Assembly (NCBI GenBank): GCA_958415525.1
Contig: CATYZE010000003.1
Span: forward strand, 66,671-130,670
Direction: 5' to 3'
Origin: an uncultured Collinsella sp.
GTDB taxonomy: Bacteria; Actinomycetota; Coriobacteriia; Coriobacteriales; Coriobacteriaceae
Length of the DNA stretch: 64,000 nt
Shown in pieces: positions 19,014 to 26,552 of the stretch (its first letter is position 1; each line of letters begins with the position of its first letter). A model generated the notes under the pieces. That model worked only from the letters and a program-made list of their open reading frames with translations, was not told where the DNA came from and did not search any database. The translations under genes were made by a program, and so were the position numbers.

Positions 19014-19769
19014 ATGAAGGTCATTTTTAGGGCAGACGACCTGGGCATGAGCGAGGGCATCAACTACGGTATCGCCAAAGTCATCTCTTGCGGACCGATT
19101 ACGAGCGTTGGGCTCATGCCCAACATGCCAGCTGCCTCCCACGGCTTCGACCTCGTTGCTGCAAGCGGTGTGAGTGTGGGGCAACATACAAACATCTGTC
19201 TTGGTAAGCCGGTTTCTGACCCCGCGTCCATTCCCTCACTCGTGGATGAACACGGGGAGTTCTGTTCTAGCAGAACCATCAGGGCGCGCACGGAGGACAC
19301 CATCGTGCTCGAGGAAGCGGAGCGCGAAATACAGGCGCAGCTCGATCGGTTTCGTGCGCTGACCGGGCGCGACCCGGCGTACTTTGAGGGCCATGCCGTG
19401 TTCTCCCCGACGTTTTTTCAGGCACTTCAGAACGTCGCGGAGCGCAATGGGTTCTTCTACATCAACCCCATGGATCCGGTCTGGAGTGAGAAGTGGGGTG
19501 TGGTGTGTGCAAAACCCTATCACCTCGATGATCGAGGCCTGTACGATCCGCGCAAGTACTTGTTTGACGACGAGGCCGACATTGCGCGTCACGCCTGCAG
19601 CATGCTCGTATTCCACCCGGGGTACCTGGATCAATATGTGCTCGACCACTCGTCCTTTACCTTGATTCGTCCCATGGAAACGGCGTTTCTGGTGAGTGAG
19701 GAGCTTGAGCAGTGGATCGAACAGAAGCACGTGCAGTTGGTGAATTTTGAAAACTACTGCGAGGACTAG
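19014..19769 (+). CDS. ChbG/YdjC-family carbohydrate deacetylase
   Basis: MKVIFRADDLGMSEGINYGI (YdjC N-terminal motif). AAGGAGG RBS ends about 8 nt before the ATG at 19014. Confidence 0.8.
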   Translation: MKVIFRADDLGMSEGINYGIAKVISCGPITSVGLMPNMPAASHGFDLVAASGVSVGQHTNICLGKPVSDPASIPSLVDEHGEFCSSRTIRARTEDTIVLEEAEREIQAQLDRFRALTGRDPAYFEGHAVFSPTFFQALQNVAERNGFFYINPMDPVWSEKWGVVCAKPYHLDDRGLYDPRKYLFDDEADIARHACSMLVFHPGYLDQYVLDHSSFTLIRPMETAFLVSEELEQWIEQKHVQLVNFENYCED

Positions 19770-19860
19770 GATGTTGCGAAAGTCGCAGCTAAGAACGGGG
19801 CGCCATCTGGCTTCGGACGCCCGTGCTGTAACGGTGGCGCACCATAGAGAAAGGACGAAT

Positions 19861-21105
19861 ATGAATAAACCCGAACACTTCCTCTGGGGCGTGTCGACGG
19901 CGGGCCACCAGACCGACGGCGGCGACGCGGCTGCCGACACCACCTTCTTGGAGCATGTGGAGCCGACGGTTTTTAAGGAGCCCGCGGGAGACGCCTGCCG
20001 CAGCTGGGAGCGTTGGGAGGACGACCTCAACTGTGTTGCTGAGATGGGGCTCAACGCGTATCGCTTCTCCGTTGAGTGGTGTCGCATCGAGCAGGAGGAG
20101 GGCGTCATCGACCAGGCGGCCCTCGATCACTACGACCGCCTGATGGATGGTTGCCTGGAGCGCGGTATCCAGCCGGTGCTCACGCTTTGCCACTTTACCT
20201 GTCCTCATTGGTTTGCCAAACGGGGTGGTTGGCTCGCGCCCGACGCTGTCGACCTCTTTGCGGCGCATGTGCGGCGCGTTATGGAGCTCGCCCGCGGCCG
20301 CGCCGCTGCGGTGGTGACACTTAACGAGCCCAACCTCAACCAGCTCCTCGCCAACGGTGCGATGCCTCCCGAGGCGTTTGCCTTCCAGCAGGTGGTGCTG
20401 CATGCCGCAGCGGCAAAGGCGGGCGTTGCGCATTACCGTGCGGGCAACGTGCAGGACATCGACGAGTTCGACGCAATGGACGAGGCTATGGCGCGCGCTC
20501 ATCGCCGTGCTGTGGAGGTGGTGCGTGAGGTAGCGCCGGGTACCCCTGTGGGACTCTCGCTTTCAGTAGTGGACGACGACTGGGCCACACCCGCCGGCCG
20601 TGCCATTTGCGAGCGTAAGCGCGAACTCTGCTATGGCAAGTGGGTTGATGCCATTCAAGGGGATGACTTCATCGGCGTGCAAAACTACGAGCGCATGGTC
20701 TTTGGCGACGAAGGGCTCATCGCACCCGATCCTACCCAGCCCATCAACGGTATGGGCACGCAGGTGGAGCCCGGCTCGCTTGCGGGTGCAGTGCTCTACA
20801 TCCACGAGCTCACGGGCCTTCCAGTCGTCGTTACAGAGCATGGCATCTCTACCGAGGACGATCATCTGCGCTGCGACTTCATCCGCGCATCGCTGCCCGC
20901 GCTTGCGGGGCTTGTGCGGCGCGGGCTGTCAGTGCTGGGGTACTTCCACTGGACGCTTATGGACAACTTTGAGTGGATTTCTGCTTTTGACAGTCGACTG
21001 GGGCTTTATGAGGTCGATCGTCGTGACGGTACGTACGACCGCATCGCAAAGCCAAGCGCGCGCGTGTACGCGGATGTGGTTCGCACGCTCAATGGGCGGA
21101 TGTAG
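19861..21105 (+). CDS. Glycoside hydrolase family 1 beta-glucosidase (short form)
   Basis: FLWGVSTAGHQTDGG, acid/base TLNEPNL, nucleophile VVTEHG, HWTLMDNFEW. Start at the ATG at 19861 (MNKPEHF). Confidence 0.8.
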   Translation: MNKPEHFLWGVSTAGHQTDGGDAAADTTFLEHVEPTVFKEPAGDACRSWERWEDDLNCVAEMGLNAYRFSVEWCRIEQEEGVIDQAALDHYDRLMDGCLERGIQPVLTLCHFTCPHWFAKRGGWLAPDAVDLFAAHVRRVMELARGRAAAVVTLNEPNLNQLLANGAMPPEAFAFQQVVLHAAAAKAGVAHYRAGNVQDIDEFDAMDEAMARAHRRAVEVVREVAPGTPVGLSLSVVDDDWATPAGRAICERKRELCYGKWVDAIQGDDFIGVQNYERMVFGDEGLIAPDPTQPINGMGTQVEPGSLAGAVLYIHELTGLPVVVTEHGISTEDDHLRCDFIRASLPALAGLVRRGLSVLGYFHWTLMDNFEWISAFDSRLGLYEVDRRDGTYDRIAKPSARVYADVVRTLNGRM

Positions 21106-21174
21106 ATGCGTTCGCGCAAGGAGATGGGCACGCGGCGCCTATATCGGTGTTGCGAAGGCAAGGGGAGATGACGT

Positions 21175-22602
21175 ATGCAGGCGCTACGCGTAAGTGATAA
21201 CGGCAGGTATCTTGTGACGGAGGACGGCGCGCCCTTTACGTGGATAGCCGACACCGCTTGGACGCTGCCGCAGCGTATAAAAGCCGATGACGTGGAATAC
21301 TATCTGCGTCGCCGTAAAGAGCAGGGCTTTACTGTGCTGCAGATGGTTGCCCTTGACCCCGAGCGCGATGTACTCATGCGCTCACCCGCGGGCGAGCCGG
21401 CACTTATCAACGGTGACCTCGAACATCCCAATGAGCGCTATTTTTCCTATCTTGATTGGGTGCTCGATCGTGCTGAACACTACGGCTTTCACGTGCTTCT
21501 GCTTCCTGTGTGGGGGCAGTTGGTGACAGGCGACAACTGGATGGGTGGCACGTTTGGTATAACGGTGACCGGCGAGAACGCCTACGACTTTGGCAAGTGG
21601 ATTGGCGCGCGGTATGCCTCACGAAAGAACATCGTGTGGTGTTTGGGCGGCGACCGGCAGCCGGTTCACCGCGGTGTTGATTACCGTTCGGTGTGGCGGC
21701 GTATGGCAGAGGGCCTTGCCGAGGGCGTCCTCGGCAGCCCGCTGCCCGCTGATGCGCCCCGCGAGGCGTGGCGCCGGTTGCCCCTTGCCTATCATCCAAG
21801 TTGTGAAGACCAAAATCACTGCTCGTCTTCTACCTATTGGGGCGATGACGAGCGATGGCTTGCGCTAACCATGCTGCAGTCGGGTCATGGCCCAGGCGCG
21901 TGCAGCTGGAAGCTTGTCGAGGCGGAGCATGAACAGCCTGGTTCCGCGCGTCCCGTTTGGGATGGCGAGCCGGCGTATGAGGACATGCCCACGAGTTGGC
22001 CGCCGACCGGTCCACGTCATGGGACATGGATGGTGCGACGCCGAGCGTACTGGTCGGTGCTCGCCGGGGCGTTTGGAGTTACCTATGGACACTGCTCGGT
22101 GTGGAGCTCCATTGCCGAGAAGGAACGAAACGATATGTTTCACGTGGATTGGTTTGAAGCGCTCGACGCCGAGGGGGCAAATCAGATGCGCTATCTGCGA
22201 GCCTTCCTCGATGAGTCTGGTGTTGTTGGCTCCCTTCCGTGTCCGCATGCCGTGGTTTCGCCTGGGACGGATGATTTGGCTGCGCATGTGCAAGTGAGTT
22301 GTGCGGAAGATGGCGCGCGCCTTTTCGCTTACTTGCCCAGCGGCGGCACCGCGTGCCTGCAGATGCCCGAGGGCTGGGTGACAGCATGGTGCTGGTGGTA
22401 CAGCCCGCGCACCGGTGATATATGTGGTCCCGTGCCGGAGATCGTAGCCGACGGGTGCGCTACTGTGCGTGCCCCGAGCGCGGGAGAAGGCGAGGATTGG
22501 TTGCTCATGGCCGATGCGGAGCGCAGCGAGGTGCCAATACATCTCTGCTCGTACGGGGAGCCTGTGGAGGTTGGAAAACTTGATAAAGTGTTCGCGTGGT
22601 AA
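21175..22602 (+). CDS. DUF4038 / glycoside hydrolase family 140-like protein
   Basis: N-terminus LRVSDNGRYLVTEDGAPFTWIADTAWTL...GFTVLQMVAL resembles the apiosidase-like DUF4038 domain. Assigned from memory of the family consensus. Confidence 0.6.
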   Translation: MQALRVSDNGRYLVTEDGAPFTWIADTAWTLPQRIKADDVEYYLRRRKEQGFTVLQMVALDPERDVLMRSPAGEPALINGDLEHPNERYFSYLDWVLDRAEHYGFHVLLLPVWGQLVTGDNWMGGTFGITVTGENAYDFGKWIGARYASRKNIVWCLGGDRQPVHRGVDYRSVWRRMAEGLAEGVLGSPLPADAPREAWRRLPLAYHPSCEDQNHCSSSTYWGDDERWLALTMLQSGHGPGACSWKLVEAEHEQPGSARPVWDGEPAYEDMPTSWPPTGPRHGTWMVRRRAYWSVLAGAFGVTYGHCSVWSSIAEKERNDMFHVDWFEALDAEGANQMRYLRAFLDESGVVGSLPCPHAVVSPGTDDLAAHVQVSCAEDGARLFAYLPSGGTACLQMPEGWVTAWCWWYSPRTGDICGPVPEIVADGCATVRAPSAGEGEDWLLMADAERSEVPIHLCSYGEPVEVGKLDKVFAW

Positions 22603-22701
22603 GACTGAATGTGGAGCAACCTTCACAACCTTGGGCAGCCGGCTTGCAATCGCGCAGGCGGGAGCGTAATAACTCTCTTGCGCAAAGGCGCGTCCAGACA
22701 T

Positions 22702-22778
22702 TGCGGGGTGGAGCAGTCTGGTGGCTCGCCCGGCTCATAACCCGGAGGTCGTAGGTTCAAATCCTGCCCCCGCGACCA
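22702..22778 (+). tRNA. Second tRNA-fMet copy, variant with a mismatched anticodon stem
   Basis: Same 77-nt gene as 10805-10881 except TAGCTC to TGGCTC in the D-loop and CCGGG to CCCGG in the anticodon stem 5' half. The latter creates a C29/C41 mismatch. Confidence 0.75.
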
Positions 22779-22788
22779 AGAACTTGCA

Positions 22789-22816
22789 GCTCGTCGGCCT
22801 AGCCGGCGAGCTTTTT
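22789..22816 (+). terminator. Rho-independent terminator after the second tRNA-fMet
   Basis: GCTCGTCGGC-cta-GCCGGCGAGC followed by TTTTT. Paralogous to 10892-10921. Confidence 0.75.
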
Positions 22817-22865
22817 GTTATTCCGGGACTGTGGGGTCGACCCGATTCTCAACTTTTCGGTCGAA

Positions 22866-23247
22866 AATCTCGATCTGTAACAGGTGGACCCGATTTGGGC
22901 CGCTAACTGTTACAGATCTAGATTGTTGAGGATGGGCCGAGGGATTTGTCTCGATTTGTAACAGTAAGACCCGGTATTGGCCGGTAGATGTTACAGATTT
23001 AGACATTTGGGCAGGGCGGGATCCGTTTGTCTAAATCTGTAACACGAGGGACGGTTTTTGCTGAGTTACTGTTACAGATTTAGATTTTCCGGCAGTCCGG
23101 TTTGGTTTGTCTCGATCTGTAACGGTTGGGGGTCAAAAGTCGGTCTAGATGTTACAGATTTAGATTGTCGAGAACGGGCCGAGGGGAATGTCTCGATCTG
23201 TAACAGTTAGACCTTATTTTGCCGAGTAGTTGTTACAGATTGAGACA
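22866..23247. repeat. Five-unit tandem array of the 81-bp hairpin repeat (family C)
   Basis: Units at 22866-22924, 22947-23005, 23028-23086, 23108-23166 and 23189-23247. Each has two 17-nt inverted arms around a 24-25-nt loop. Period is 80-81 bp. Confidence 0.9.
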
Positions 23248-23383
23248 AACCGGGAGTCGGCCCCGCCCCCATCCACCAGCCGCTACCTGCTATCCGCCGA
23301 TTTCAGCTGCGGCTCCGTACCTCCCAGACCGTATCCTATAGACAACTACGTGGCATCATCGCCGCCGCGCCTATAAGAGAGGA

Positions 23384-25420
23384 ATGTCCATGACCGCACC
23401 TGCATCAAAGCTGCTTCAGCCCATTACGGTTGGCCCGCTCGAGCTCAAGAACCGCATTATGTTCCCGCCGCTGACCACCGGCTACGAGGAGCGCGACGGC
23501 TCCATCGGCGAGCGCAGCCTGGCTTTTTACGAGCGCCTTGCCCGTGGCGGCGTGAGCTACATCGTCATCGGCGACGTCGCTCCCGTCATGACCGCAAGCC
23601 CCACGCCCAAGCTGGCAGCCGACGCCCAGATCCCCACGTTTAAGGCGCTGGCCGACGCCGTCCACAAGCACGGGGCCAAGGTTGCGCTGCAGCTGTTCCA
23701 CCCCGAGTACGACGTGCCCGGCGTCGGCCGCATGGTCATGGGTTCCATGGCCGCCGCCAAGGCCGCGCAGGAGGCCAAGGCCGCCGGCGACGAGGAAACC
23801 TTCGCCGCCAAGATGGCCGAGTCCAACGAGATCCGCAAGCAGGCCTACGCCAAGCTGCACCACGACATGCAGCACTTTGTGAACGAGGCCAGCGTTGAGC
23901 AGCTCACCCAGATCAAGGAAGCCATCGCCGCCTCGGCCGCCCGCGCGCAGCAGGCCGGTATCGACGCCATCGAGGTCCACGGCGACCGTCTGGTGGGTTC
24001 GCTGTGCTCCGCGATCCTCAACAAGCGCACCGACGAGTACGGTGGCTCGTTTGAAAACCGCGTCCGCTACGCGCTGGAGGTCGTCGCCGCCATTAAGGAG
24101 GCCGCGCCGCAGCTGATGGTGGAGTACAAGCTCCCCGTGATCATGGAGAATCCCGACGGCACGCCGCGCGGCAAGGGTGGCCTGCAGCCCGACGAGGCCT
24201 GTGAGTTTGCCAAGCTGCTCGAGGGCGCCGGCATCGACATGATCCAGGTTGCGCAGGCAAACCACACCGGCAACATGGGCGACACCATTCCGCCCATGGG
24301 CGCCATGCCCTACAACTGGACGCTGCCCGTGGCCGAGCGCGTCAAGGCCCTGGTCTCCGTGCCGGTGGCAACCGTCGGCCGCGTGGTTTCGGTCGAGGCC
24401 GGCGAGAAGATCCTGGAAGACGGCTCGGCAGACATCGTCGCCTATGGCCGTTCGCTCATGTGCGACCCCGACATTGCGCTGAAGGCCGCCACGGGTGAGC
24501 CCATCCGCGAGTGCCTCAACTGCAACAAGGGCTGCGTCGACGCGATTCAAAACCGCAAGTACATCTCGTGCGTGCTCAATGCCGAGAACGGCGACGAGGC
24601 GACCATCGCCATCAAGCCGGGCGAGGGCGACAAGAAGATTGCCGTGGTGGGCGGCGGTATTGCCGGCCTGGAGGCTGCGCGCGTGGCGGCCAGGCGCGGC
24701 TACGACGTGACCGTCTACGAGGCGAGCGATCACTTGGGCGGCCAGATTGTGCTGGCGGCCGCGCCTCCGCGCAAGGACGAGATCATGCGCTCGGTCGAGT
24801 ATTACGAGAAGATTCTGCCTGGCCTGGGCGTGAAGGTTGAGCTCAACCACGTTGCTACTGCCGAGGACCTCAACGCCGCCGACGCCGCGATTGTGGCCGT
24901 GGGCGCGCACGACGTGGTCATCCCCGTCCCGGGCGCCGACTCGGAGAAGGTCGTCTCGAGCTGGGACGTGCTGGCCGGCAAGGTGGAGCTTACGGGCCGC
25001 GTCGCCGTCATTGGCGGTGGCTTGGTGGGCACCGAGACTGCCGGGTACCTGCTGCAGCACGGCTGCGAGGTGGCGATCGTGGAAATGCTCGACAAGATTG
25101 CCGCAGGCGAGTCCGAGACCATTCTGCCGCTGATCATGAGCGACTTTGCCGAGCACAACGTGGAGCAGCACGTGAAGACCCGCCTGACCGCCATTACCGA
25201 CGAGGGCGTGGAGGCCGTGCGCACTACCGAGGACGGCGCCGAGGAGCCGGTGAAGATTGCCTGCGATTACGTGGTGATGGCCGTGGGCTCCAAGGCCAAC
25301 GCGTTTGACCTGGACGGCGTGACGGTGCCCGTGACTTGCGTGGGCGACTGCTCGGGCGAGCGCACCGCCGACATCGCGAGCGCCATTCGCACGGCATATC
25401 ACGCGGCCAACGAGCTGTAG
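23384..25420 (+). CDS. NADH:flavin oxidoreductase of the 2,4-dienoyl-CoA reductase / enoate reductase type (OYE barrel + 4Fe-4S + FAD/NAD domains)
   Basis: LELKNRIMFPPLTTGY (OYE), CLNCNKGCVDAIQNRKYISC (C-x2-C-x3-C-x11-C), VVGGGIAGLEAA and VIGGGLVGTETA (Rossmann). The ATG at 23390 is an alternative start. Confidence 0.85.
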   Translation: MSMTAPASKLLQPITVGPLELKNRIMFPPLTTGYEERDGSIGERSLAFYERLARGGVSYIVIGDVAPVMTASPTPKLAADAQIPTFKALADAVHKHGAKVALQLFHPEYDVPGVGRMVMGSMAAAKAAQEAKAAGDEETFAAKMAESNEIRKQAYAKLHHDMQHFVNEASVEQLTQIKEAIAASAARAQQAGIDAIEVHGDRLVGSLCSAILNKRTDEYGGSFENRVRYALEVVAAIKEAAPQLMVEYKLPVIMENPDGTPRGKGGLQPDEACEFAKLLEGAGIDMIQVAQANHTGNMGDTIPPMGAMPYNWTLPVAERVKALVSVPVATVGRVVSVEAGEKILEDGSADIVAYGRSLMCDPDIALKAATGEPIRECLNCNKGCVDAIQNRKYISCVLNAENGDEATIAIKPGEGDKKIAVVGGGIAGLEAARVAARRGYDVTVYEASDHLGGQIVLAAAPPRKDEIMRSVEYYEKILPGLGVKVELNHVATAEDLNAADAAIVAVGAHDVVIPVPGADSEKVVSSWDVLAGKVELTGRVAVIGGGLVGTETAGYLLQHGCEVAIVEMLDKIAAGESETILPLIMSDFAEHNVEQHVKTRLTAITDEGVEAVRTTEDGAEEPVKIACDYVVMAVGSKANAFDLDGVTVPVTCVGDCSGERTADIASAIRTAYHAANEL

Positions 25421-25495
25421 TTGAACATCGCGGCCAGGCGGGACGGTAGCACGGATCCGTCTCGCCCGGCTGTGTCCCATCGGGTGTCAACCGGT

Positions 25496-25531
25496 GCGGG
25501 GCCTGCAAGCGCAGCAGGCCCCGCCCTTTTT
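25496..25531 (+). terminator. Rho-independent terminator after the oxidoreductase
   Basis: GCGGGGCCTGC-aagcgca-GCAGGCCCCGC followed by CCTTTTT. Confidence 0.8.
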
Positions 25532-25860
25532 GTTTTGCTCCGGTGGATGGCAATGCGCGGTAATCATGAGGAGTAAGGACGTCTACTGCCTTGCCGATTA
25601 CTCAAAATTATTGGGGGAGGGGTTAATAACTATATCCTCTATGCCAAAGGACATAAAGAGATGCCAATTTTGTTGACAAGCGAATGACGATTAGCTGCGA
25701 GTCAGCTACCAGCGTAAATAATCGATAAAGAAATGTCGTAAATTGGTGCCAAATGCCCAGATAACACCGCGTCTATTTTAATTAACCGCTTTGAGCAAAC
25801 AGTAAAATGCTACTATCTAACTTGCACGTAAGAAAGCAGATTAACGGTTAAGGCTAAGAA

Positions 25861-26265
25861 GTGGCAGGTATGTCGGAAGCAACAAGGACTCGCACGCATG
25901 CGCCCGAGGTTAGGCAGCGCGCCGTCGAGATCCTCCAAGAGGGGGTCGGTCATCGCGCCCTCGCCGCGGAGCTTGGCATTCCCCAGGCCACGGCTCGTCA
26001 GTGGGCCCGCGCGTATGCCGTGGGCGGTGCCGACGCCGTTCTCAACGCCGGTTCGCATCATCACACCTATTCGTACGAAGTTAAGCTCGCCGTGGTCAAG
26101 GACCGCTTGGAAAACGGCTTAACGGTTCGCGAGGCCATGATCAAGCACAAGATTCCCAGCGAGTCTTCGGTCAAGGCTTGGTGCCGCCAGTATCGCGAGA
26201 GCGGTGAGTCCGCGCTGGTTGATAAGCCGCGCGGTCGCAAGCCGCGCGTTAAAAAGGCGGAATAG
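25861..26265 (+). CDS. IS3-family (IS150-like) OrfA-type double-HTH protein, orphan (no OrfB/DDE gene follows)
   Basis: Two HTH units (LAAELGIPQATARQWARAY and LTVREAMIKHKIPSESSVKAWCRQY), each followed by a GxxAL segment as in IS150 OrfA. Preceded by about 320 bp of AT-rich DNA and followed by a terminator-like GTGCGCCCACAGGGGCGCATTTTT. Confidence 0.6.
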   Translation: MAGMSEATRTRTHAPEVRQRAVEILQEGVGHRALAAELGIPQATARQWARAYAVGGADAVLNAGSHHHTYSYEVKLAVVKDRLENGLTVREAMIKHKIPSESSVKAWCRQYRESGESALVDKPRGRKPRVKKAE

Positions 26266-26552
26266 CGAACGGGATGGTGCGCCCACAGGGGCGCATTTTT
26301 CTTGCCGCGCCAACTTTTTGGACCGTCGTGAGCCTACTGGAACATCCTCCAAAGTGGTTAATAAACCGCGCGCAGTGGCCCGTGCGCCCGCCGTCGCGAT
26401 AGGGGGAGCGTTGCCTCTCTGCTCCAAAGCGGACAGACTCCTTACCCCGTACGCCTAAAACTCCCCAGTTGACCGAAAACCCGCCGCCGCTACTCCTCAA
26501 CTGAGCTATAACGTTAAACAATTGCAGCGTTTTTGCTTGGGGGAGTGATGGT

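Noticed and set aside
22866-23247. Possible CRISPR array (regularly spaced short repeats)
   Set aside because: The repeats alternate in orientation and pair into hairpins. The intervening spacers are themselves conserved in recurring classes, and no cas genes or leader are present. It is a palindromic tandem repeat, not a CRISPR.
25494-25676. 60-aa ORF spanning the oxidoreductase terminator and the AT-rich segment
   Set aside because: It overlaps a strong terminator hairpin, has no RBS, and has no recognisable fold. It is probably a chance ORF in AT-rich DNA.
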